DNA from: Planctomycetota bacterium
Lineage (GTDB): Bacteria; Planctomycetota; JAJSAM01; JAJVHW01
NCBI GenBank assembly: GCA_021776825.1
Contig: JAJFFG010000096.1
Coordinates: 55,876-119,875 of the forward strand
Reading direction: 5' to 3'
Length of the DNA: 64,000 nucleotides
Under the pieces are notes generated by a model, which was not told the origin of the DNA, did no database searches, and saw nothing but the letters and a program-made list of their open reading frames with translations. This document shows positions 10,332-19,454 of the stretch, one piece after another; the first letter of the stretch is position 1, and each line of letters begins with the position of its first letter. The position numbers were made by a program, and so were the translations under genes.

Positions 10332-11096
10332 ATGCAACGACATCGCACGCTCTCCGGATCGCGATCCCAGCGCGGGCTGACGGTCCTCGAGGTGCTGCTG
10401 GCCTCGACCATGCTGCTGATGTTCCTCTCCTCGCTCTTCGGTCTCGTGTGGTCGATCGCCGAGTTCCGCGACCAGATCGAGCAGGAGGTGCGTCCCTACG
10501 ACATGGCGCCGCCGGTTCTCGCGCTGGTGGTCCAGGATCTGAACAACGTCCTCGTGGAGCCGTACAAGGACCGCGACGCGTTCAAGGGCGAGGGCGACAC
10601 GATCGGCGGCGAGGACACGACGAAGCTCGACTTCGTCACGGCGGTCTCGTCACGCAGCGCGGTCGAGATCGACGACGAGTTCGTGAAGAGCGCGATTTGC
10701 GAGATCGGCTACCGCGTACGCCGCAGCGAGGTGTACGACGACCTCTTCGCCCTCTATCGGCGCGAGGACTTCGGCGTCGACGAGGAACCGTTCGAGGGCG
10801 GCAAGTACTACAAGCTGGCCGACCGCATCGCCTCGTTCCGCATCGACTTCTACGAAGAGGATCCGGGCAAGCCGGAGGGCGACGAGGCGAAGGGTCTGCA
10901 GGACTGGGACGCCAAGGAGCAGGGCGGACTGCCGTACGGCTGTCGCATCACGCTGGTGGTCGTCCCGCCGTACGAGACGGACGAGGACGGCAACGCGCTC
11001 GAGGAGCTGCAGGAGATCACGTTCGTGCGCTACGTGGCGTTCCCGCAGCGCTTCGACGTCGACGCCGGCGGATCGTCCGCCCCCGCGGGGCGGTAG
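10332..11096 (+). CDS. Minor pseudopilin, GspJ-like
   Basis: RG|LTVLEVLLAS prepilin motif; EIGYRV…LYRRED…LADRIASFRIDFY typical of GspJ-like proteins. Confidence 0.78.
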   Translation: MQRHRTLSGSRSQRGLTVLEVLLASTMLLMFLSSLFGLVWSIAEFRDQIEQEVRPYDMAPPVLALVVQDLNNVLVEPYKDRDAFKGEGDTIGGEDTTKLDFVTAVSSRSAVEIDDEFVKSAICEIGYRVRRSEVYDDLFALYRREDFGVDEEPFEGGKYYKLADRIASFRIDFYEEDPGKPEGDEAKGLQDWDAKEQGGLPYGCRITLVVVPPYETDEDGNALEELQEITFVRYVAFPQRFDVDAGGSSAPAGR

Positions 11097-11164
11097 CGCG
11101 CGACGTCCCGCGAGCGCCATCGTGCCACCGCAGCCAGTTGAGGCTGAGGGCCGCGTGCTGAGAG

Positions 11165-12355
11165 CTAGGCCATCTCGGGCATCGACGCGTCGAGTCGACG
11201 ACGAGCCTCTTCGAGGGCCCGCTCCATCTCCGTCTCGCCAGGCAGGTTGATGGCGTGTCCCGGGGCGCTGCGGATGTCGTCGATCGTGCGGACCAGATCC
11301 GCGCCGGACTCCTCGAGTCGCAGCACGAGCGGGTTCGCCTCGTCCGCGAGGATGATGAGGTCGTCGTCGCGACTCGTTCGGCAGCGGATGACCGGCACCT
11401 CCATCGGCCGGCCGTCGACCCGGACGACGCTCACGTCCTCGCCGATCTTCTCCAGCGCCACCGGCTCGGGATCACGACGGCGATGGATGATGACCTCGCT
11501 CGCACCGCACTCGACCAGGTCGCGATACACGCCGCGGCCGATCCACGGCGCCGTGGCCTCGGTGCGGCAGCGTTCGCGGTTCGCGAACCAGGCGTCATGG
11601 ATGGCACTCTGGTCGAGGTCGCGCAGATGACGTAGACCGTGGACACCGCCCGTGTAGAGCAGCACAGCCTCCCGCTTCCCCAACGCCACGACGTGGAACA
11701 CCATCGGGTCCGGCTCACCCTCCTCACCGGCCTCCTGATCGATCGAATTCACGCGATACACGAGGCGGGAGCCGGGACGGACGGCGAGCACTGTGCCGAG
11801 CGACTCGATCGGCTCGCGAACGGTGACCGCGGGCTTGAAGCGACGCCGCACGGCCCGCAGTTCAACGGTGCTGCGCAGGCCATCCTCCATCGAGCGCAGC
11901 ATGTTCGCAATCGAGTCGCGGCGAGACGGGTCGGTCGTGCCGTCCTCGAGTTCGCGGCGCAGTGCTTCGACCTTGGCTTCGAGAACCGCGCGCTGCTGGC
12001 CAGGGAAGTCGCGACCGCGAACGAGCACGTTGAGGCTGTCCTCGACGAGAAACGGATCGACCTCCTCCGGTGCCTGCTCGACCGGTGCGCGATGCATCTC
12101 GCTCTGCCCCTGCACGTCGCGCAGTGTCTGCAGACCCGCACCCTCGAGATACCGCACGATCCGACCGCGCGTCCACTGGACGCCCAGGGCGCCGCACTGG
12201 GTGGTGCGCGTCACGTGCCCAGCGTTGCCGAGCGAGTCACGCCCCGGCCGCTCGTCCTCTTTGACGTCGACCCGCAGCACATCCGCATCGTCGATCCAGT
12301 ACGGGACGAGGCGACCCGGCCAGTCGCGGGGATGGTTCTCGGTCGTGCTCGGCAT
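11165..12355 (-). CDS. Hypothetical cytoplasmic protein (396 aa)
   Basis: Long ORF with coding-like GC3; GGAGG RBS before ATG 12355; central coiled coil (VLEAKVEALRRELE). Confidence 0.7.
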   Translation of the reverse strand: MPSTTENHPRDWPGRLVPYWIDDADVLRVDVKEDERPGRDSLGNAGHVTRTTQCGALGVQWTRGRIVRYLEGAGLQTLRDVQGQSEMHRAPVEQAPEEVDPFLVEDSLNVLVRGRDFPGQQRAVLEAKVEALRRELEDGTTDPSRRDSIANMLRSMEDGLRSTVELRAVRRRFKPAVTVREPIESLGTVLAVRPGSRLVYRVNSIDQEAGEEGEPDPMVFHVVALGKREAVLLYTGGVHGLRHLRDLDQSAIHDAWFANRERCRTEATAPWIGRGVYRDLVECGASEVIIHRRRDPEPVALEKIGEDVSVVRVDGRPMEVPVIRCRTSRDDDLIILADEANPLVLRLEESGADLVRTIDDIRSAPGHAINLPGETEMERALEEARRRLDASMPEMA

Positions 12356-12468
12356 GGAGGTCCTCCGGCTCCCCCATCGGAATGTGCGGCGCATGGGCTT
12401 GATCCGAGCCTGGTCCCCGTCGCGGTGAGAGACCCCGTTGCTGGGTGTCCCGCGGGTACCATGACGCG

Positions 12469-14754
12469 ATGAGCCCCGACGAGACGACCCCCGACGAGAT
12501 GACTCCGGCCCCGCTCGACCGCATTGCCCAGAGCGTCGCCGAGCGATTCGAGGGTGACCGCCGGCTCGTGACGTTCGACGACCTGCTGACCCAGTTCCAG
12601 CAGGACCCCTATCCGCTCGTCCGGAACTCCGAGCAGTACCTGCGGGATGCCGTGCTGCACCACGGATCCCACTCGGTGCCCGGGATCGGTGAAGAGGTGA
12701 CGCGCTGGCGGCTCTTCGACGGCGACCAGGCCACCGGCGTGGCCGCGCTCATTGGGCAAGAGGAGGCGCAGCAGGCCGTCATCGAGACGATCTTCGCGGC
12801 GGCCCGCGAGGGACGCCTCAATCGCATGCTCGTCCTGCACGGTCCCAACGGTTCGGGCAAGTCGAGCCTGGTCGAGCTCCTCCAGTGGGGTCTCGAGGTC
12901 TACAGCCACGAGCCGGGCGGCGCGCTCTACGCCCTGCGCTGGATCTTCCCCAAGGCAGACGTCGAGGGCACCGGGCTCGGTTTCGGTGGCACGACCCGCG
13001 GGACCGCCGACAGCGCCGCGTCCTACGCGCTGCTCGAAGCCGAGGACGTCGCGGCGAGGATCGTCTGCGAGCTGCGCTGCAACCCGCTCTTCGTGGTCCC
13101 CGACTCCGAACGTGCTGCGTTCCTCGAGAGCGCCCTCGAGAGTTCCACCGAGCGACGCACTGAGTCATTCCGCCACTTCATCAACGGGAACCTCTGCCCG
13201 CGCTGCAAGCAGGTCTACGAGGCCTTGCTTGCCGCCTACAAGGGCGACTGGCAGCGCGTGGTCCGCCACGTTCAGGTGGAGCGTGTCTTCGTCTCCCGGC
13301 GCTATCGCATCGGCGCGGTCGTCACCCAGCCGCAGGGCACGGCCGACGCACAGATGCGAATCCTCGCCGGTGACTCGCAGATGGCCGGTCTCCCGCCGTT
13401 CCTCCGGTCACTCCCGCTCTTCGAGGTGATGGGAGATCTCCCGGACGCCAACCGTGGCCTGCTCGAGTTCAGCGACTTCCTGAAGCGCAACCTCGAGCTC
13501 TCCAAGTACCTGCTCCAGACCACGGAGAAGGGGTTCGTCACAGTCGGCAATCGCCTCTTCGAGCTGGACGTCGTCTTCTGTGCCAGCGTGAACGAGCGCC
13601 ACCTTCACGCGTTCAAGCAGCTCCCGGAGTTCGCGTCGTTCCAGGCACGCATGTCGTTCGTGCGCGTGCCGTACCTGCGCCAGCTGTCGCAGGAGACGAG
13701 CGTCTACCGAGAGATCTGTAGCGAGATGAGCCGCAGCCGGCACGTGGCACCGCATCTGGCCGAGTACAGCGCGCTGTTCGCCATCCTGACGCGGCTCGAG
13801 CGGCCTCGGGTGGACGACTATGAAGGCGACCTCCGCGAGCTCGTCGCCGGGCTGACGCCACTCGAGAAGGCCTGGCTCTACGCCGAGGGGCGCACGCCGG
13901 ATCGGCTGGACTCCTCGGCCGCGAACGAGCTGCGTCGGCTGCTTCCCCGCATCCGTGACGAGCACCAGCGCGAGACGCAGTACGAAGGGCTCTTCGGCGC
14001 CAGCGTGCGGGAGATGCGCGCCGCACTGATCCAGGCGGCCGTCCGCGACGATCGCCCGTGCGTCTCACCGTCCGCCCTGCGCGAGCAGCTCCGCGAGATG
14101 TGCGCCGATCGCTCGCTCTACCGCTTCCTGCAGGTCGAGGCCGAGGAGCGGTATCACGATGTTTCCGCGCTGCTCGACGACGCCACGCGTCAACTGGGCC
14201 TCTGGATCCTCGTCGACGTGCAGAACGCGATGCAGATCGTCTCCGAGGACGAGGTTGATCGACGCTTCGACGCGTACTTCCAGCACCTGGTCGCGTTCGT
14301 CCAGAACCGCACTGTGCTCGATCCCTCCACGGGCAGCCGGGTGCCGGCGGACGCCCATCTTCTGATCTCCATCGAGAAGCTCCTGCCGATCCAGCAGCCG
14401 ATCGAGGAGTACCGGAGGGAACTCGTCTCGCGCATCGGCGCGTACGCCATCGATCATCCCGATCAGCAGCCTCTCGACTTCGCGAAGCTGTTCCCCGATC
14501 TGCTGCGCTCCCTCCGCCGGAGCTTCTTCGAGGAGCGACGCGAAGCCGTCACCGACGTCCAGCGGCACGTGCTGCTCTACGACACGCCGGGGTTCGAGGA
14601 TCTGCCGAGCGAGGCGCGCGAGGTGGCGACGCGGACGGTGCAGAACCTGACCGCGGAGGATGGACCGGGTGGTGGGTACTGCATCTGGTGTGCGAAAGAC
14701 GCGGTGGACTTCGCGTTGTTGCATCTGGAGGTTGCGGAGAGCGAGGGGGAGTAG
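12469..14754 (+). CDS. prkA: PrkA/YeaG-family AAA+ serine protein kinase
   Basis: LIGQEEA, MLVLHGPNGSGKSSL Walker A, ANRGLLEFSDFLK, VRVPY, GYC terminal segment typical of PrkA. Confidence 0.82.
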   Translation: MSPDETTPDEMTPAPLDRIAQSVAERFEGDRRLVTFDDLLTQFQQDPYPLVRNSEQYLRDAVLHHGSHSVPGIGEEVTRWRLFDGDQATGVAALIGQEEAQQAVIETIFAAAREGRLNRMLVLHGPNGSGKSSLVELLQWGLEVYSHEPGGALYALRWIFPKADVEGTGLGFGGTTRGTADSAASYALLEAEDVAARIVCELRCNPLFVVPDSERAAFLESALESSTERRTESFRHFINGNLCPRCKQVYEALLAAYKGDWQRVVRHVQVERVFVSRRYRIGAVVTQPQGTADAQMRILAGDSQMAGLPPFLRSLPLFEVMGDLPDANRGLLEFSDFLKRNLELSKYLLQTTEKGFVTVGNRLFELDVVFCASVNERHLHAFKQLPEFASFQARMSFVRVPYLRQLSQETSVYREICSEMSRSRHVAPHLAEYSALFAILTRLERPRVDDYEGDLRELVAGLTPLEKAWLYAEGRTPDRLDSSAANELRRLLPRIRDEHQRETQYEGLFGASVREMRAALIQAAVRDDRPCVSPSALREQLREMCADRSLYRFLQVEAEERYHDVSALLDDATRQLGLWILVDVQNAMQIVSEDEVDRRFDAYFQHLVAFVQNRTVLDPSTGSRVPADAHLLISIEKLLPIQQPIEEYRRELVSRIGAYAIDHPDQQPLDFAKLFPDLLRSLRRSFFEERREAVTDVQRHVLLYDTPGFEDLPSEAREVATRTVQNLTAEDGPGGGYCIWCAKDAVDFALLHLEVAESEGE

Positions 14755-14811
14755 GGGCGGCGCGCTGCGTGCTCGCGGGGAAGTGAACGCGGGAGCGACG
14801 CGTGGGACAGA

Positions 14812-14972
14812 CGTTCGCTCCCTTCGGTCGCGGTCGCCTCGGGGCAACCCGTCTCAGTAGCCTCGCGATTGGCCGAGGCGTGCACTCGCTGCGCTCGCGG
14901 TCACGGCGGTTGGACGCCCTTGCCGTAGCCCCGCCGGTGGCCGCCGCGTTCGCTCCCTTCGGTCGCGGTCGC
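14812..14972. repeat. Two identical 26-bp REP-like repeats plus a degenerate middle copy
   Basis: CGTTCGCTCCCTTCGGTCGCGGTCGC at 14812-14837 and 14947-14972; related CACTCGCTGCGCTCGCGGTCACGGCGGTTGGAC at 14883-14915. Confidence 0.75.
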
Positions 14973-15268
14973 TGCGGTTGGACACCGTCTCGAGAGCCAC
15001 CCACGTACCCGCAGCGTTCCCAAACAGTAACGCTGTCACCGCTGGGTCGCGTCCCGGCCACGGCACGCTACCGACAGAACCCGTTATCCTGCAATGCGTT
15101 ACGCATCGGGAGCCACAAGGGGCATCTTCGTCGTGGGTGGCATCTCGGTTGCGGCATACCACTGACGGATCAGGTTTCCGGACCAGGAACGTCACCGAAC
15201 TACGACATCCCATCCCCCGGTGCGGGTCGCGAGAAGAGCGGCGGCCCACGACCAAGGAGACCGCCCCG

Positions 15269-17353
15269 ATGCGTTTGATCCTGACCTCTCTAGCGGGCGC
15301 GGCCCTGCTCATGGCCTTCCCGGCCCTGACCAGCGACGCTTTCGCTCACGGTGGCGCCTATCGCGGCCCTGCGGGCGAAGTCCCGCCGGACAGCCGCGAG
15401 CCTTCCGATCCGCCCCCGCCCCCCGAAGGCGGCGGCCCCACGACTCCCGGCGGTGAGACCGGCGGCCCGAGCACGGGCGGCGGCGACATCGGTGGTCCCT
15501 CGACCGGCGGCGGCGACTCTGGCGGCCCGAGCACGGGTGGCGGCGGCTCCGGCCCGGCCCCCTCGAGCGGTGGCCCTGGCGGCCCGAGCACGGGTGGCGG
15601 CGCTGGCCGTCCCACGTCCTCCAGCAAGGGCCCCGGCTACGAGGACTGGACGTTCTGGTGGAACTTCAACAAGGACGAGATCCTGCTCCTGAAGAGCGAG
15701 GTCAAGAAGGCGCAGACCGGTACCCGGTCCGGCACCTCGGTCCACACGTTCGGCCGCAAGAAGTCCGACACTCAGGTCAAGTCTGCCACTCAGGCCGCGA
15801 TCAACGACAAGATCGTCCCAGCGCTGCGTGACATGCTCGACCAGAAGGACCTCAACTTCGACATCCAGTCGGCTGCAGCCCTGGCGCTCGCGAAGATCGG
15901 CGATACGTCGATCGTGCCGACGCTGAAGAAGATGGCGCGCAACGACAAGACCGGCGGCGGCTACCACCGCGTGGTCGAGGAGTCGGCGGCGCTGGCGTTC
16001 GGCCTCCTTCAGGAGGACACCGACGAGGTCCGTGACTTCCTGATCGAGCTCGTGGGCGACAAGGAGCGCAACGCTTCGTACGTGCGTCCCTTCGCAGCCA
16101 TCTCGCTCGGTCTGCTCGGCGACAAGAATGACAAGGACGGGAAGGTCACTCAGGCCCTCGTCGCCATTCTCGCCGGCAAGGAGACCAAGCAGGACATCAA
16201 GCCGACTGCGCTCGTCGCACTCGGTCTGCTCGAGAACGACGCGATCGTTCCCGACCTCCTCGGCATGCTCGAGAAGGGCAAGGCCGACGTGAAGGGCGCC
16301 GAAGAGCTGTCCGAGACGGAGCTGGCGTTCGTCGTCCAGGCTCTCGGCAAGATCGGCTCGCCCGGCACCGAAGAGAACCCGACCGCCGTCGTCGATGCCG
16401 TCATGGCCCGCGTCGCTGGCAAGAAGGCCAAGAAGTACGACACCAACATTCGCCGCTCGGCCGCGATCGCCCTCGGGCAGCTCGCGCCGCAGTGCGAGTC
16501 CAAGACGCAGCAGAGCATCATCAAGGCCCTGAAGGGCATTGCGAAGGACGGCAAGGATGCCTCCGAGCGCAACTTCGCGATGGTGGCCATGGGCCGCGTC
16601 GCCGCCGCCGACGGCATCGATGCCGAGACGCGGGTCGACGCCATCAAGGCGCTGCAGTACTACCTCGAGAACGGCAAGCCCGCGAACCTGGCGCAGCCCT
16701 TCGCTGCGCTCGGCATGGGCCTGATCGGCCGCGCGATGAAGACTGTCCCCGAGGAGGAGGTTCGTAAGCCTCTCCGGGCCAAGTTCGCCGAGGCTGCCAA
16801 GGGCGATCCTCGCTCGCGCGCCGCCTTCGCCATCGCTTCGGGCCTCGTCAAGGACCCGATGGCGGTCCCCGAGCTCATCGCGGTCCTGAAGGACCGTGGT
16901 GCCGACAAGCGTCTGCGCGGCTACTGCGCGGTCTCGCTCGGCATGATCGGTGACAGCGCCGCTCGTGACGCGATCCGCGGCACGCTGCGCGATGACACGG
17001 ACCGCGACCTGCGCGTCCAGACTGCGGTGGCTGCCGGCCTCATGGGCGACGCGACCGTGATCGGCGACCTCGTGAAGATCCTCGAGGCCGAGAAGGAGTC
17101 TCAGTTCATCCTCGGCTCCGTCGCCCTGGCCCTCGGTCAGATCGGTGACGAGCGTGCGATCGAGCCGCTCCTGAAGATCGCGGCAGACTCTGAGAAGACC
17201 TTCCCCGACATCACTCGTGCCCTCGCCACCGTGGCGCTGGGTCAGATTGGTGATCGCCGCGACACGCCGGTCCTGGCGCGCGTGGCTCGGGACATCAACT
17301 TCCGCGCGATCGGCCGGGTGCCGGCTCTGACCGAGCTCCTGACCATCCTCTAA
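15269..17353 (+). CDS. Secreted HEAT/PBS-lyase-like repeat (alpha-solenoid) protein with Gly/Pro/Thr low-complexity N-terminus
   Basis: AAGGAG RBS; signal peptide ending DAFA|HGG; GGPSTGG repeats; many AAxALGxxG helical repeats. Confidence 0.85.
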   Translation: MRLILTSLAGAALLMAFPALTSDAFAHGGAYRGPAGEVPPDSREPSDPPPPPEGGGPTTPGGETGGPSTGGGDIGGPSTGGGDSGGPSTGGGGSGPAPSSGGPGGPSTGGGAGRPTSSSKGPGYEDWTFWWNFNKDEILLLKSEVKKAQTGTRSGTSVHTFGRKKSDTQVKSATQAAINDKIVPALRDMLDQKDLNFDIQSAAALALAKIGDTSIVPTLKKMARNDKTGGGYHRVVEESAALAFGLLQEDTDEVRDFLIELVGDKERNASYVRPFAAISLGLLGDKNDKDGKVTQALVAILAGKETKQDIKPTALVALGLLENDAIVPDLLGMLEKGKADVKGAEELSETELAFVVQALGKIGSPGTEENPTAVVDAVMARVAGKKAKKYDTNIRRSAAIALGQLAPQCESKTQQSIIKALKGIAKDGKDASERNFAMVAMGRVAAADGIDAETRVDAIKALQYYLENGKPANLAQPFAALGMGLIGRAMKTVPEEEVRKPLRAKFAEAAKGDPRSRAAFAIASGLVKDPMAVPELIAVLKDRGADKRLRGYCAVSLGMIGDSAARDAIRGTLRDDTDRDLRVQTAVAAGLMGDATVIGDLVKILEAEKESQFILGSVALALGQIGDERAIEPLLKIAADSEKTFPDITRALATVALGQIGDRRDTPVLARVARDINFRAIGRVPALTELLTIL

Positions 17354-17374
17354 GGAAGTTCCAGAACAACGACG

Positions 17375-17401
17375 GGCCCCGTTCGCATCGCGAGCGGGGC
17401 C
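17375..17401 (+). terminator. GC-rich hairpin after the HEAT-repeat gene
   Basis: GGCCCCGTTCGC-ATC-GCGAGCGGGGCC 12-bp stem; no U-tract. Confidence 0.5.
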
Positions 17402-17507
17402 TGCTCGATTCCCGGCCTGCTCGATTCACCCCGTGCACCGGTCAGTCGCCGCCGTCGCGCGAGGTCTCCGCACCGCTCTCCCGTCTGCGCGATACACTCC
17501 GTTCGCC

Positions 17508-18014
17508 ATGACGTGGTTCGACCTCGGTGCGTTCGTGATCATCGCGCTGGCCGTCGTGGACGGCGCGCGGAGCGGCCTGGCGTGGGCTGCGATCGAGCTG
17601 GTCCTCCTCATCGGCGCCGCCATCGCTGCGGGAGCCGTCCGCCCGCTCGCCGAGCCCTACCTGCAGAAGGTCGCGGTCGTGAACGACATCGACCTGCCGT
17701 GGATCACCCACGCGGTGCTCTTCGCTCTCGCTGCGTGCATGCTCATGGGCGTGGCGTTCCTCCTGCAGCCGATGGCGAAGAAGTGGCGCTTCCGTCATGA
17801 CCGCTGGCTCGGAGGCGTGCTCGGAGTCCTCACCGGGGCTGTGGCGGCGCTGGTGCTGTTCTCCCTCGCGGTCTGGAGCAGTCCACGGTCGTACGAGAAC
17901 GAGTTGCACCCGAGCATCACCGGCTCTGTGCTGGTGCAGGTCCATGACGCCGGCCTGGAGGCGCTCTTCCCGTCGGCACTGACGCACCGGCTCGATCACC
18001 TGCGCGACTCGTGA
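17508..18014 (+). CDS. cvpA: CvpA-family membrane protein
   Basis: MTWFDLGAFVIIALAVVDGARSGL N-terminus, DRWLGGVLGVLTG motif, S-x-T-G-S-V-L C-terminal segment. Confidence 0.75.
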   Translation: MTWFDLGAFVIIALAVVDGARSGLAWAAIELVLLIGAAIAAGAVRPLAEPYLQKVAVVNDIDLPWITHAVLFALAACMLMGVAFLLQPMAKKWRFRHDRWLGGVLGVLTGAVAALVLFSLAVWSSPRSYENELHPSITGSVLVQVHDAGLEALFPSALTHRLDHLRDS

Positions 18015-18667
18015 GCGCCCCCTCCGTGCGACGGCGCGTCCTCTACGGCGGGACGTTCGATCCCATCCATACGGCGCACGTGGAGATCGCGCGGGCTGCA
18101 GGAGTTCAACTCGGCGCCAACTTGGTCAGCCTCATTCCTGCGGCGGACCCGCCGCACAAGCCCGCCGGGGCCCACGCCTCCGCCGAGCACCGGCTCGCCA
18201 TGGCGCGGATCGCGGTCGCCGAGGAACCGCGCATCGACGTCCTCGACGTCGAGATCCGACGCGGTGGGACCTCCTACACGATCGATACCGTGCTCGCACT
18301 CCGCGACGGTGAGTGCCGGGGGGAGCAACTCATGCTGCTGCTCGGGCAGGACTCGCTCCCGTTGCTCCCGACGTGGCATCGCGTCCGCGAGCTCGCCGCA
18401 CTCATCCCGTTCGCCGTCGCGCCCCGACCGGGGGCCGACGAGCCGCCGTGGGCGGTCCTGGCCGAGGCACTGGGCGAGGAGCCCGTCGCGGGGCTGCGAG
18501 CTCGCTGGCTGCGCACACCGTCGTTCGAGATCTCGTCGACGGATCTACGATTGCGCAGGACCGAGGGCCGCAGCATCCACTGCCGGGCTCCGGATCCGGT
18601 GGTCGACTACATCGAGGAGCACGGGCTCTATCGTCCTGCTCCCCAGGCCGACAGCGAGGTCTGCTGA
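18011..18667 (+). CDS. nadD: Nicotinate-nucleotide adenylyltransferase
   Basis: LYGGTFDPIHTAH, PPHK, SYTIDT, LLGQDSL, ISSTDLR, VVDYIEEHGLY. Confidence 0.92.
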   Translation: MSAPSVRRRVLYGGTFDPIHTAHVEIARAAGVQLGANLVSLIPAADPPHKPAGAHASAEHRLAMARIAVAEEPRIDVLDVEIRRGGTSYTIDTVLALRDGECRGEQLMLLLGQDSLPLLPTWHRVRELAALIPFAVAPRPGADEPPWAVLAEALGEEPVAGLRARWLRTPSFEISSTDLRLRRTEGRSIHCRAPDPVVDYIEEHGLYRPAPQADSEVC

Positions 18668-18977
18668 CATCGAGTTCGGCTGCCGTCGGGCTCGCTGGAG
18701 CCCGGTGACGGAAGCCCTGAGCCTCGCCGGAACCATGCACGGGGCTCGCACGCCTGAGCAAGCGCCCGGAGAGCCGATCATTGCGATGAGCCGCCTCCAC
18801 AACCGGTCCAGGGGCGCCTTCGGCGGCGCGCCGCGATCTCGACTCCCCGCCGGGGCTCTGGACACCAGTCGTCGCTTGTTCATGCCTCGCCACACCCGTT
18901 CGTTGGATCGAATCACACTCGAACGCCGAGGCGAATCGAGCCAGCCTCGTGAACGATCCAAGCCTGAGGTTTTTCCG

Positions 18978-19006
18978 TTGACCGGGCTCGGACCGAAACC
19001 TACTCT
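18978..19006 (+). promoter_or_regulatory. Putative sigma-70 promoter upstream of the small lipoprotein
   Basis: TTGACC-17 bp-TACTCT. Confidence 0.5.
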
Positions 19007-19116
19007 CCGCCGGTCCGTATCGGAGGCGTGCGCAGCACTCGTGCAGCCTCGCGTCGGTCCCCCAGGGCAGGGGGTCAGACGGCAGACACAAACTGCGCGC
19101 GTTGGGAGGAAGTAGG

Positions 19117-19308
19117 ATGGTCCGCAAGGTGTTCACCGCAGCGTTCTTGGCCGCGATCACGGTCAGCGTCAGCGGCTGCTTCTCGCTCACGAACTGGGAC
19201 GAGAACATTCGCATGATCAACCATTACGGTGAGTCGGCGAACGAGTGGCGCGACCTGACGAACAAGTACTTCTTCGACTACGACAAGAACAACCCGTTCG
19301 AGGACTAG
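19117..19308 (+). CDS. Small lipoprotein (63 aa)
   Basis: GGAGG RBS; hydrophobic leader with lipobox VSG|C; strongly biased codons; own promoter and hairpin. Confidence 0.8.
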   Translation: MVRKVFTAAFLAAITVSVSGCFSLTNWDENIRMINHYGESANEWRDLTNKYFFDYDKNNPFED

Positions 19309-19352
19309 TCCCGCACGCGACATCGGCGCCATGCCGATGACCAGCAGCGGAC

Positions 19353-19389
19353 CGGAAGAGGGCGCATCCCCGCGGATGCGCCCTCTTCC
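19353..19389 (+). terminator. Long hairpin after lipoprotein gene
   Basis: GGAAGAGGGCGCATC…GATGCGCCCTCTTCC ~15-bp stem. Confidence 0.6.
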
Positions 19390-19454
19390 TATGTGCTCGC
19401 AGCCGCCCGGGTCGCCCGGTTTCGGTTCCACGGTCTCTCCCCCACCGGCTCTCG

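Noticed and set aside
14812-14972. Mini-CRISPR from the 26-bp repeats
   Set aside because: Only two exact copies, separated by 109 bp that itself contains a degenerate copy; REP-like instead.
18011-18667. NadD HxGH motif reads HTAH
   Set aside because: A single conservative change while all other NadD motifs are intact; not evidence of a new function.
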